64,000 nucleotides of DNA, from the NCBI GenBank assembly GCA_963834385.1, contig CAWIBO010000003.1, positions 64,001 to 128,000 of the forward strand, given 5' to 3'. The stretch comes from an uncultured Verrucomicrobiae bacterium. GTDB lineage: Bacteria; Verrucomicrobiota; Verrucomicrobiia; Chthoniobacterales; UBA10450. Under the pieces are notes generated by a model. That model was not told the DNA's origin. It ran no database searches and worked only from the letters and a program-made list of their open reading frames with translations. Positions within the stretch are counted from its first letter, which is position 1, and the number at the start of each line of letters is the position of its first letter. The translations under genes and the position numbers were made by a program. Shown here in pieces: positions 1-8,687 of the stretch.

Positions 1-165
1 ATCTTTTACGCGGGCAGGGCGACCCGAAATTCGCGGCGCGGCTGGCCGGTGAGAACAAATCAGTGCGGCGCTCCGTGCTCTCTGCCTTGGATTATGCGGG
101 CTGGGTTCCCGGACAATATCCGAAAACGGCTGCGCTGCGGTAAGGCGGGCGCGGAGCGCCCCCGG

Positions 166-528
166 TTATTTTTTTCGCGTCTTCTCGCCTTCCTCGATCA
201 GCTTCCAGAACTCGCGGTTCTTCGCCAGTTGGTCGTCTTCCGCCAGCGGCAGTTTGCTCCGGAAAAGGAAATCCCGGAAAGTGTTTTTGTGCAGGACGCG
301 GTGAACCGCAATTCCTTCCGGCCGCTTCTCAAAGTAAATCCGGTAGTCCTTTGCCCGATAACGGAAAAGTTTCTTTCCCTCCCGCTTCACTGTCCCGAAA
401 CGGCTTGCGTCCAGCTTCCCCATGTCGTCCGGCAGAACCTGAAACTCCGCCAGAAGCTCGAGCTGGAGGGTCTTGGGCAGGGCCGACATCTCCGCGGCGC
501 TGATTTCGTTGAAAACGATCTGGAACAC
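166..528 (-). CDS. RelE/ParE-like small protein (toxin fold), no adjacent antitoxin seen
   Basis: GTG start 2 nt after the alr stop; FQIVFNEIS N-terminus and LFRYRAKDYRIYFE motif resemble RelE-type proteins. Confidence 0.55.
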   Translation of the reverse strand: MFQIVFNEISAAEMSALPKTLQLELLAEFQVLPDDMGKLDASRFGTVKREGKKLFRYRAKDYRIYFEKRPEGIAVHRVLHKNTFRDFLFRSKLPLAEDDQLAKNREFWKLIEEGEKTRKK

Positions 529-530
529 GG

Positions 531-1638
531 TCAGGACAAATACACGCGGCGCACGCGGCTGCCAATGCCGGTGAAAATTTCCCAGGGAATGGTCCCGGCC
601 CACTCCGCCACCTCGGAGGCCAGGATGGTCGTGTTTCCCTGCTCGCCGAACAGGACCACCTCATCGCCGACTGCCGCCTCCGGCGTTTCCGTCAGGTCGA
701 CCATCAGCAGATCCATCGTGATGCGGCCCAGGACCGGGCACCGTTTTCCCGCCACCAGGAGATGCGCACCCCGATTGGAACAGGCTCGCGGATAACCGTC
801 GGCATAACCGGCTCCGACCGTTCCCACCCGCATCGGCCGCGGCGTGATAAAGGTGCGTCCGTAACTGATGGAGGCGCCCGCCGGCAGATCGCGAATGAGA
901 ACAAGGCGCGATTTCAACGACATCACCGGGCGGAGCTCTGCCTGAAAACTGGGCAGCGGGGAAATGCCGTAGAGCATCAAACCGGCCCGGACGATGTCGT
1001 AGGGCGTCCCGGCGAAAGCGAAGATGCCGGCGCTGAGAAGGGCGTGGATTTTGGTCGCGGATGGAAGGTCGGCGCGAACGTCCCCGACGAGGCGGGCAAA
1101 CCGGGCCAGTTCCTCGCGGGTGTAATCGGCGTCCTCGTCCGCCGCGGGAAGATGGGTGGAAATGCTGTGGAGTTCCGCTTGCGGGAGCGCGGCGATGCGC
1201 CGGATCATCCCCGGGGCGTCCGGTTCCGGCATCCCCATTCGTCCCATGCCGGTGTCGATCACCGCGTTGAGCCGTGCTTTTTGACGGCGCGCCGGCCGCC
1301 TCCGAGAAGGCCGCCGCCTCCGCGGCGCTGGAAACGGAGGCAATGAAGCCATGCCGAACGATCTCGGCCCGCTCGTCCGGCAGAGCCGGGCCGAGGATCA
1401 TGATCGGTTGGGCGACGGAATCACGCAGCTCGAGGGCCTCGGCCAGATTGGCCACACCATAAATGTGCGCCTGTTCCTTCAGCGCGGCCGCCACGGGCGT
1501 CATGCCATGGCCGTAGCCATTGGCTTTGACCACGGCCATGAGCGCGGCCTGGCCGATGCGCGCACGCGCCACCCCGGCGTTGTGCCGCAGCGCGTCCCCG
1601 CTGATCTCCGCCCAGCAACGATGATGGATCGTGCTCAC
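531..1638 (-). CDS. alr: Alanine racemase (frameshift near 1280, probably sequencing error)
   Basis: N-part WAEIS...AVVKANGYGHG (PLP lysine) in one frame; C-part IDTGMGRMG, VRAGLMLYG, GYADG, GRITMD in another. Confidence 0.92.
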
Positions 1639-2240
1639 GGGTTGATGGGTCGCGGAGCGGTGATGTGCGGCGGTCGCAAATAAATCGGCTCCAGCGGCGG
1701 CCGGGCAAACTCCAAATCGGCACGTCCAACCAGGCCGGCCAGGAGGGAAGCCTGCGGATGCCGCAGCTCCGCGGCCGCAAATCCCGGCACGGGCGCCGGA
1801 CAAAACAGGGGCCGAACCGATTCGTGGGCCAGCAGCTCCGTGACCTCCCCGGTTTCGAGGAGCTCGGGTCCCCGGGAAAGGGCGTGTTCCTTCACGACGG
1901 CAAACATAAACGAATTTCGGCGGGCATCGGCGAGCACTCCATATTCGCCCACGGCCATTGCGCAAATGGAGGGATACCCAAGAAGGGCCGCCCCGGTGCC
2001 GAGGGAAAGGCCAAGAGCGGCGGAGACGGCGATCCGGCAGCCGGCGTAGGAGCCGGGACCCAGACCCACGACGATGGTTGAGCGGGCGTCGAGCCGGGCG
2101 GAATGTTTGCGCAGCTCCTCGAAGAATGCGCCGGAATCCTTGCGATCGTTCGGGAAGGTGGCCGAGGCCTCCATCGTCCCGCCGCACCGCACCGCGATGC
2201 TCCCGACAGGTGACGACAACTCGAGCGCGAGGACGATCAT
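1635..2240 (-). CDS. tsaB: tRNA t6A biosynthesis protein TsaB
   Basis: MIVLALELSS, GLGPGSYAGCRI, DARR, EPIYLR motifs; next to tsaE. Confidence 0.88.
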   Translation of the reverse strand: MIVLALELSSPVGSIAVRCGGTMEASATFPNDRKDSGAFFEELRKHSARLDARSTIVVGLGPGSYAGCRIAVSAALGLSLGTGAALLGYPSICAMAVGEYGVLADARRNSFMFAVVKEHALSRGPELLETGEVTELLAHESVRPLFCPAPVPGFAAAELRHPQASLLAGLVGRADLEFARPPLEPIYLRPPHITAPRPINP

Positions 2241-2653
2241 CGGTCCTCCGTGATGGTGCGGGCCGATTCGCCGGTGATGGCGAACCGAAGCCACCAGGCG
2301 CCGGTCGGCATGGCCTCCGGAAATTTGTCCGCCCATTCCACCAGGGAGACGCCTTCGCCGAAAATGTAATCGTCGAACCCGATCTGCATGAGCGCCGCCG
2401 CATCGGGCAGCCGGTAAAAGTCGAAGTGATAAACCGGGAGGCGTCCGCCGGCATACTCGTGCACCAGGGTAAAGGTGGGACTGGTGGCGGGCTCCGGGCT
2501 GCCGAGGGCGGTGAGGAAACCGCGCACGAACTGCGTCTTGCCCGCACCGAGATCGCCCTGCAACGCGAAAACGGCGCCCGGGCGCGCCGTCGCGGCGAAT
2601 CGTCCGCCCAGGGCGGCGGTCTCCTCCGGGCTATTTGAAGTGAACGTAGCCAT
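2237..2653 (-). CDS. tsaE: tRNA t6A biosynthesis ATPase TsaE
   Basis: GDLGAGKT, SPTFTLVHEY, HFDFYRL, VEWA motifs. Confidence 0.95.
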   Translation of the reverse strand: MATFTSNSPEETAALGGRFAATARPGAVFALQGDLGAGKTQFVRGFLTALGSPEPATSPTFTLVHEYAGGRLPVYHFDFYRLPDAAALMQIGFDDYIFGEGVSLVEWADKFPEAMPTGAWWLRFAITGESARTITEDR

Positions 2654-3515
2654 GGAGTTTCGCACCGCTGTTTTTGTCCCTGGTCAGGGTGCCGATCCGC
2701 GTAAGCGGAAGGCGGGGGAACCGGCCCTTCCAGCGACGCTCCAGGGCGGAAGACTCCTTTGGCGGCAGGGCGAAAAGCAGTTCGTAGTCTTCGCCATCGG
2801 AGAGAGCTTCTTCCACGGTGCAGCCGCGGTTCCTCGGCACGGCGGCGCGCTCGAGCCGGAATCCGACGCCGCTGGCCTGCGCCAGGCGCGGCAGATCGGC
2901 GCCCAGCCCGTCGCTCAGATCGATCATGGCATGAATCGAAAACCGTTCGGTCAGCCAGCGGGCTTCCTCGAGCCGCGGCACAAACCGGAGGTGTCGCCCT
3001 TTGCCCGACCCGCCCAGCCGGCCGGTGACGTAAAGAACATCGCCATTTCGTCCGCCGCGGCGGGTGGCCATGCGCTTCTCCGGGACGGTCCCGGTGAGGC
3101 TGATGGAGATGACGGCCGGGCCCTTGATGGCGCTTGTCTCGCCGCCGACAAGACCCACTCCGAATTGCCGGGCGGCCTTGCCGAGGCCCCGGTAAAGTCC
3201 GCGGACCCAACCGGCCTTGGTGGCGCCGGCGACCACGAGCGTGATCAATCCGTGCCCCGGCCTCCCGCCCATGGCCGCGATATCGCTGAGCGCGCGGGCC
3301 AGCGCCTTCCATCCGACTGCTTCCGGTTTTTCTCCGCGCCGAAAGTGGATCCCTTCCACGATGCAATCGGTCTTGAGCAAAAGCAGTTCCTGCGCGCCCG
3401 GGAGGCGCACCGCGGCGCAATCGTCGCCCGCGGTCACCACGGTTTGCCGGCCGCGGGGGAGGTCCGCCAGGAGCGAGCGGAGGAGCCGATCCTCGCCGAG
3501 CTCGCTCAGTTTCAT
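2631..3515 (-). CDS. thiL: Thiamine-monophosphate kinase
   Basis: GE near start, GDDCA, SDIAAMGG, DLSDGL, GEDYELL motifs. Confidence 0.95.
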   Translation of the reverse strand: MKLSELGEDRLLRSLLADLPRGRQTVVTAGDDCAAVRLPGAQELLLLKTDCIVEGIHFRRGEKPEAVGWKALARALSDIAAMGGRPGHGLITLVVAGATKAGWVRGLYRGLGKAARQFGVGLVGGETSAIKGPAVISISLTGTVPEKRMATRRGGRNGDVLYVTGRLGGSGKGRHLRFVPRLEEARWLTERFSIHAMIDLSDGLGADLPRLAQASGVGFRLERAAVPRNRGCTVEEALSDGEDYELLFALPPKESSALERRWKGRFPRLPLTRIGTLTRDKNSGAKLHGYVHFK

Positions 3516-4306
3516 TGCGGGAAGATTTCCGGGAAGGCGAGGAAAACGAGCGCGGTCGAGTTGAAGAGCGCGTGCATGGTCATGGCCACAAGGATCGACC
3601 CGCTCCATTCGAAGGCAATGGTGAGACACATCCCGAGGACGAAAAGCGGGATAAACGAGGGACGATGCCCATGAACCGCGGCGAAGATGAGGGCGTTCCC
3701 AATGATGCCGGCCCAGCGCCCGGCAAACCGCTTGATCGTTCCGTGCAGGAAATACCGGAAAATGAACTCCTCCGCGATCGGGGCGATGGCCACGGCAATG
3801 ATGATGATGATCGCGCGTTCCTGCATGTTCTCGGAGTTGCTGAAGAGCTGGACGATGTCCTGCCGGCTGACCGTTTCGTCGAGAAACCGGCGGGTCAGGA
3901 AGTCCGCCAGCCCGACCAACGGGTAGGCGGCCAGGAGCAGGATCGCGCCCGTGCCGAGGGAACGGCCAAAGCCGAGGCGGGAGAGGCCGGCCGTTTCGGA
4001 CAGGTCAAAGCCGCGCAGGCGGAGAAAACCGACCAGGCCGAGAATCAGCGCAATGGAGAAAATGGCGGAACCGGCCGGATCCGGCAGGCGGTCCGATTTG
4101 CCGGCCGCATAGACGCTGGCCACGAAAAAGGTGGTGAGCAGCACCGCGATGATGACCTCGGGCCGCCCGAAGCGGCGGCGGGTCGGATCGGGGACCTCGA
4201 CCTCGCGCAGGGAGATCTGGCGGGCGAGCGAGCCGTAAACATAGACCGCCGCGAGAATGAAAAGGGCATTGAGGAGAAGCCCGAGCCCGGCATAGAAATC
4301 AGACAT
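3512..4306 (-). CDS. CPBP/Abi family intramembrane metalloprotease
   Basis: Multiple TM segments; APIAEEFIFR, FAAVH, HALFN motifs. Confidence 0.9.
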   Translation of the reverse strand: MSDFYAGLGLLLNALFILAAVYVYGSLARQISLREVEVPDPTRRRFGRPEVIIAVLLTTFFVASVYAAGKSDRLPDPAGSAIFSIALILGLVGFLRLRGFDLSETAGLSRLGFGRSLGTGAILLLAAYPLVGLADFLTRRFLDETVSRQDIVQLFSNSENMQERAIIIIIAVAIAPIAEEFIFRYFLHGTIKRFAGRWAGIIGNALIFAAVHGHRPSFIPLFVLGMCLTIAFEWSGSILVAMTMHALFNSTALVFLAFPEIFPQ

Positions 4307-4311
4307 TGCGC

Positions 4312-5310
4312 CTAGGGGGCATAGAAACCCGGCAGATAATAGGCGCGACCGGTCTCGAGCTGGGAAGTGAGGTTCTTCGGCAGAAGCTCGATTCGCGTCT
4401 CCTGCCCGAATACCTGCAGAATTCGTCCGAGGGCAAACGGCGGCCCATACTTGACCACGGCGGCGTTGGGCGCGTGGCCGAGTTCCCGCGCCTTGGCGTA
4501 GGCGTCCTCGATCTGCCCCAGGCCGTCGATCAATTTTTCCTGCAGCGCGATCTTGCCGGAAAGGATGCGCCCATCGGCCACGGTGGTGCGCAGAACGGTG
4601 GCGTCGAGCCGGCGTTCACGCGCCACCACGCCGAGAAACTTGTCGTAAGTTTCCATGACGAATCCCTGGATGTAATCGCGCTCCTCCTGGGTCATCGGCC
4701 GCGAGCCGCTCAGGATATCCTTGAACTTGCCGCTTTTGAAAACCACCGCGCCCAGGCCGATTTTTTCGAGCAACCCCTCGTAGTTCAGGGTTTGGATGAT
4801 GACGCCGATGCTGCCGGTAATGCTGGTCTCGCTGGCCATGAGATAGCCGCCCCCGCAGGCAACGTAATATCCGCCCGAGGCCGCGACTGAGTTCATGTAG
4901 ACGACCACCGGTTTTTGCGCCCGCGTCAGGGTGACGGCGTGGTAAATACTGTCGGAAGCGGTGACCTCGCCGCCGGGCGAATCGATCTCGAGTATCACCG
5001 CCTTGACGTTGGCATCGTCGCGGGCCTGCCGGAGGGCGGCGCGCAGGTCGTCCACCATGGATTCGCCGACGTTGCCGGAGATCGAGGAGCTGATCAGGCC
5101 GCGCAGCGTGATCAGGGCGATCTTGTCGCGACTGCCGCGCGACGCCTCTTCCAGGCGCACTTCACGAAAAAGAGGAAAGGGCACTTCTTCGGCGCGGGTC
5201 CCGCCGAAGCGGGCCGCCGCCGTCAGGCCAAGGAGGAGATTGACCGCGAGGCTGCCGCAGAGGGCCACGAAAAGAAAGATGCTGAGACATCCGAGTTTTC
5301 GGTTCGCCAT
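4312..5310 (-). CDS. sppA: Signal peptide peptidase SppA (S49)
   Basis: IDSPGG, AASGGYY, TGSIGV, KSGKFKD motifs; N-terminal TM. Confidence 0.92.
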   Translation of the reverse strand: MANRKLGCLSIFLFVALCGSLAVNLLLGLTAAARFGGTRAEEVPFPLFREVRLEEASRGSRDKIALITLRGLISSSISGNVGESMVDDLRAALRQARDDANVKAVILEIDSPGGEVTASDSIYHAVTLTRAQKPVVVYMNSVAASGGYYVACGGGYLMASETSITGSIGVIIQTLNYEGLLEKIGLGAVVFKSGKFKDILSGSRPMTQEERDYIQGFVMETYDKFLGVVARERRLDATVLRTTVADGRILSGKIALQEKLIDGLGQIEDAYAKARELGHAPNAAVVKYGPPFALGRILQVFGQETRIELLPKNLTSQLETGRAYYLPGFYAP

Positions 5311-5426
5311 GAGGCCCGAACGTGGCGGAGAAGGTCCCGCCAGACAAGCCATTTCACCCCCGGCGCCCCGGGGCGGCGCGGCATCGGCCGCGGGCTTGGC
5401 CTGCAAGCTGCTTTTAACAGGCGAAC

Positions 5427-5651
5427 ATGAACTCAAGCGCTCATCTTCCCGTCAGCGAATCGGCTGCCCGCCGTGTTCGCCGGACCAAGGCGAGACGCGC
5501 CGCCGGCCGGGGCCGCCCCCGCGCTGTCGTGGAGAAGAATGGCGCGGCCAGGCCGCAACCGGCCGTGGGCACCCTGCAGCGGACCAAGACATTGCTCCTG
5601 GCCGCCCTCAAGGTCTGGGAACTGAAACACCGCGTCACCACCACCGAGTAG
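5427..5651 (+). CDS. Small hypothetical basic protein
   Basis: ATG-started 74-aa ORF filling the gap between sppA and the tRNA; no recognisable motif. Confidence 0.3.
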   Translation: MNSSAHLPVSESAARRVRRTKARRAAGRGRPRAVVEKNGAARPQPAVGTLQRTKTLLLAALKVWELKHRVTTTE

Positions 5652-5704
5652 GTCCGGTCTTCCCGCTTGCGCCCCGCCGCACCGCGCCGCACCTTCGTCC
5701 CGTG

Positions 5705-5778
5705 GCGCCCGTAGCTCAGCCGGATAGAGCAACGGATTTCTAATCCGTGGGTCGGGTGTTCGAGTCACCCCGGGCGCG
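5705..5778 (+). tRNA. tRNA-Arg (anticodon UCU), CCA not encoded
   Basis: GCGCCCG/CGGGCGC acceptor stem, TAGCTCAG..GGATAGAGC D arm, ACGGA-TTTCTAA-TCCGT anticodon arm, GTTCGAGTC T loop. Confidence 0.96.
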
Positions 5779-5825
5779 CTTCCTGATTTGCCCTGATGAG
5801 GTTCTGCCGACCCACAGGGAAAATT

Positions 5826-6066
5826 GAATTAGGAAACCAGGAAATCAGGAAAAGCGGGAATTGAATCAGGAAAGCAGGAACTGAGGAAGAAGCGGGTCTT
5901 TGGTTACCTTCCTGTTTTCCTGGTTTCCAAATTCGTTCTCTTTCTTCTCCTGTAGGGGGAGAGACCTCACGCAGAGATCGCGGAGGGCGTAGAGAATGGA
6001 ATCAGGCAGGAACTGAGGAAGAAGCGGTCTCAATCACCTTCCTGTTTTCCTGGTTTCCAAATTCGT
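5826..6066. repeat. Purine/pyrimidine-skewed inverted repeat cluster built from ~8-mer AGGAAANC units
   Basis: GAATTAGGAAACCAGGAAATCAGGAA (5826-5851) pairs with TTCCTGTTTTCCTGGTTTCCAAATTC (5909-5934), which recurs at 6039-6064. Confidence 0.85.
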
Positions 6067-6136
6067 CCTTCTTTCTTTTATGTGGATAAGCGGCCGCCAC
6101 TTGCGTCGTCGCCTGCTTCTGCTTCGGTGCACGACA

Positions 6137-7378
6137 GTGCTCCGTTTTCTTCTCATCCTGCCACTTGGTCTTGCCCTCTGTGGGTGCGCCCTGAAATCGG
6201 GCAGCGGCATCACCCAGGAGGTGACGCCGCTTTACTCCGCGGGTTCACCCAACTTCCAGCGGGCGGCCGGTTCGCTGCTCAAGCGGGAGTTTCTCGCCGG
6301 CAACGAGATCACCACGCTCGTGAACGGGAACGAAATTTTCCCGGCCATGCTGCGCGAAATTCGCCGGGCCCGTCGCTCGATCAGCTTTGAAACCTACATT
6401 TTTTCCCATGGCGAGATGGGCGAACAGTTCGCCGCAGCCTTTGCGGAGCGGGCCGCCGCCGGGGTTAAGGTCCGTGCCATTTTCGACGCGCAAGGCTCCA
6501 AGGCGGGGCGGGATGACATGCGGCGCATGGAAGCGGCCGGCGTGGAGGTGGTGAATTATCACCCGTTCTTTTATCCCGATCCGCGCCGGTTCAATAACCG
6601 GACCCATCGCAAGCTCCTGATCATTGACGGGAAGGTCGGTTTCATTGGCGGCGTCGGCATCGCCGATGAGTGGATGGGCGATGCCGCGGCGCCGGGCCAA
6701 TGGCGGGAGAATCATTACCGCGTGACCGGGCCGGTGGTGGCGCAAATGCAGGCGATCTTCGCGGAAAACTGGCTCAAAACCCGTGGGGAAGTGCTGCATG
6801 GCCCGGATCTTTTTCCGCCGCTGGCCGCCACCGGTTCCCTTGTCGCCTCCGCTTTTGGAAGTTCACCCCGCCAGGGGAATCGCGAGATGAACCTGATGTA
6901 TCTGCTGGCGATCGCCTCTGCGCAGAAGACGCTCCGGATCGAGAACCCCTATTTTCTTCCCGATGAATTGACCCGGGAGGCGCTCGTCGCCGCCGCGCGG
7001 CGCGGGGTCAACGTCGAGGTTCTGCTGCCGGGATCGAAGATCGATCAAAAGCTGGTCCGGCTCGCCTCGAAACGGCACTGGGACGAGCTGATCGAGGCCG
7101 GGATAAAAATCTATGAGTACCAGCCCACCATGGTGCACGTAAAGCTGCTCATCGTGGATGACGCCTTTGTCTCGGTCGGCTCCGCCAATTTTGATAATCG
7201 TTCGGTGCGCCTGAACGACGAGGCGAACTTGAATGTGCTCGACCGGGGCTTTGCTGCGCGCCAGATCCGGTTGTTTGAGGCGGACAAGGCCCGGTCGCGG
7301 CAGGTGATGGTGAAGGACGGCGACCTGCTCTCCGTGCCGTTGCAACAGGCGGCCGGCCTGGCGGCGCCGCAATTGTAG
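6137..7378 (+). CDS. Cardiolipin synthase / phospholipase D family protein
   Basis: Two HKD motifs (HRKLLIID, HVKLLIVD), GSANFD; lipobox-like LALCGC. Confidence 0.9.
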   Translation: MLRFLLILPLGLALCGCALKSGSGITQEVTPLYSAGSPNFQRAAGSLLKREFLAGNEITTLVNGNEIFPAMLREIRRARRSISFETYIFSHGEMGEQFAAAFAERAAAGVKVRAIFDAQGSKAGRDDMRRMEAAGVEVVNYHPFFYPDPRRFNNRTHRKLLIIDGKVGFIGGVGIADEWMGDAAAPGQWRENHYRVTGPVVAQMQAIFAENWLKTRGEVLHGPDLFPPLAATGSLVASAFGSSPRQGNREMNLMYLLAIASAQKTLRIENPYFLPDELTREALVAAARRGVNVEVLLPGSKIDQKLVRLASKRHWDELIEAGIKIYEYQPTMVHVKLLIVDDAFVSVGSANFDNRSVRLNDEANLNVLDRGFAARQIRLFEADKARSRQVMVKDGDLLSVPLQQAAGLAAPQL

Positions 7379-7393
7379 GTCGCTTCCGGACCC

Positions 7394-7442
7394 GGACAGG
7401 ATTAACAGGATTCTGCAGGATGAAGGATTGAATCAGGAAAGC
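7394..7442. repeat. ACAGGATT ~9-mer tandem motif
   Basis: GGACAGGATTAACAGGATTCTGCAGGAT, nearly identical to 38504-38531. Confidence 0.75.
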
Positions 7443-7451
7443 ACGTTTCCA

Positions 7452-7501
7452 TGTAGGGCGTCTGTGCCAGACGCCATGGCGTCTCGCAGAGACGCCCTAC
7501 A
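7452..7501. repeat. GTAG-REP inverted doublet, family A
   Basis: GTAG-GGCGTCTG-TGC-CAGACGCC-AT-GGCGTCTC-GCA-GAGACGCC-CTAC. Confidence 0.93.
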
Positions 7502-7964
7502 GGTCTTGTTCGTGGGTGCCAAGGGCGCCAGTTTCGCGGAAACCGGCCTGATAGGGCCAATCCATAACGTTTTGCACCAGCCCTGCCCGAACTGGATTCT
7601 CGCGGAGGTAAAGCCATTTCTCGTACGCAGATTCTTCGTGGCGGAGTAATCGATCAAAACCCCCTTCCTGCCACCGCCACTCTGGATGCTGATAGGTCTC
7701 GTTGAACCACCTTTTGAACCACTTCAAGAATTGAGAGACGCTGTGATCTCTCTCTCGCGGCGCCACTAAGAGGTGGAGATGGTCCGGCATCGCAAGCGCC
7801 GCAACCGCGGTCCAGCGCTCGAGCCGGGCAAGCGTGCAGGTGATGGCTTTCCAACATCCCGGGTTTGCCAGGACAGAGATGCGAGGCTGCACGGCGATGG
7901 TGAGAAAATAGATGATTTCAGAGCCGCTGGATAACAGGACAGGAATCCGAGGCGGCCTCGCCAT
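7497..7964 (-). CDS. REP-associated tyrosine transposase (RAYT/TnpA-REP, HUH Y1 family)
   Basis: YFLT, MPDHLHLL (HUH), WQEGGFDRLLR, YLRENPVRAGL (catalytic Tyr), DWPY; flanked both sides by REP doublets. Confidence 0.92.
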   Translation of the reverse strand: MARPPRIPVLLSSGSEIIYFLTIAVQPRISVLANPGCWKAITCTLARLERWTAVAALAMPDHLHLLVAPRERDHSVSQFLKWFKRWFNETYQHPEWRWQEGGFDRLLRHEESAYEKWLYLRENPVRAGLVQNVMDWPYQAGFRETGALGTHEQDL

Positions 7965-8007
7965 GAAGAAGTTTAGATGGCGGCGAAGTCGCCGCGCAAG
8001 CCCGCTT

Positions 8008-8057
8008 TGTAGGGCGCCTGTGCCAGGCGCCACGGCGTCTCGCAGAGACGCCCTACA
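8008..8057. repeat. GTAG-REP inverted doublet, family A
   Basis: GTAG-GGCGCCTG-TGC-CAGGCGCC-AC-GGCGTCTC-GCA-GAGACGCC-CTAC; compensatory change relative to the 7452 copy. Confidence 0.93.
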
Positions 8058-8077
8058 GGCATGCGTCGAGAGCAGAG

Positions 8078-8185
8078 CCTCACGCAGAGATCGCGGAGGA
8101 GGGCGCAGAGAGGGGAGAGTTGAATCAGGAAATGAGGAAAATGCGGTTAATCACACTTTCCTGTTTTCCTGGTTTCCTAATTCGT
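8078..8185. repeat. Second copy of the composite repeat at 5965-6066
   Basis: Identical CCTCACGCAGAGATCGCGGAGG start and near-identical TTCCTGTTTTCCTGGTTTCC(T/A)AATTCGT end. Confidence 0.85.
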
Positions 8186-8214
8186 TTTTCTCTTCCTTCT
8201 TTTCAGGGTGCGCG

Positions 8215-8679
8215 TTACCAGCGGTGGAAGGCGGGGTGGCCTTCTTTCACGGCTACGAAGGTGCCCCGGCAGGTGGCGCACACTTTGCCTTTTGCGGTCA
8301 GGGTGCCTTCGATCACGGCCCGGTCATGGGCGACTTCAACCGCTTTCGCACTGAGCTGGACCGGACCGTCCGTCGGGCAGGGACGCAGCAGCTTGATCGA
8401 GTAATCAGCCGTGACGGTGCAGGGCGGCTGGTCCGCGCCCGCCTTTTGCATCAGGGTCCAGGCCGCGGTCCAGTTGCAATGACAATCGAGCAGGGTGCCG
8501 ATGATCCCGCCGTTGAGCACACCCGGGAACGCCTCGTATTTCGGCTGCGGCGTCCATTCCGCCACCACTTCGTCGCCTTGCGCGAAGCTTCGCACCCGCA
8601 CGCCCTCGGGGTTGGCCGGGCCGCAGCCGAAGCAGGCGTTGCCCGGCGCGAACTGTTCCTGGAGCGACTTCCCCTCCAT
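8215..8679 (-). CDS. PaaI family (hotdog) thioesterase
   Basis: CFGCGPANPEG, GVLNGGII..LLD, hotdog-fold pattern. Confidence 0.85.
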   Translation of the reverse strand: MEGKSLQEQFAPGNACFGCGPANPEGVRVRSFAQGDEVVAEWTPQPKYEAFPGVLNGGIIGTLLDCHCNWTAAWTLMQKAGADQPPCTVTADYSIKLLRPCPTDGPVQLSAKAVEVAHDRAVIEGTLTAKGKVCATCRGTFVAVKEGHPAFHRW

Positions 8680-8687
8680 TTGGATGG

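Noticed and set aside
661..3420. 919-aa ORF and other long antisense or overlapping ORFs
   Set aside because: High-GC shadow frames of real genes; only its end carries the frameshifted alr N-terminus.
5705..5778. tRNA as attB of an integrated island
   Set aside because: No integrase and no duplicated tRNA 3' end seen in the window.
7452..8057. CRISPR array or IS200/IS605 element
   Set aside because: No regularly spaced repeats with unique spacers and no cas or tnpB; GTAG hairpin doublets fit REP/RAYT.
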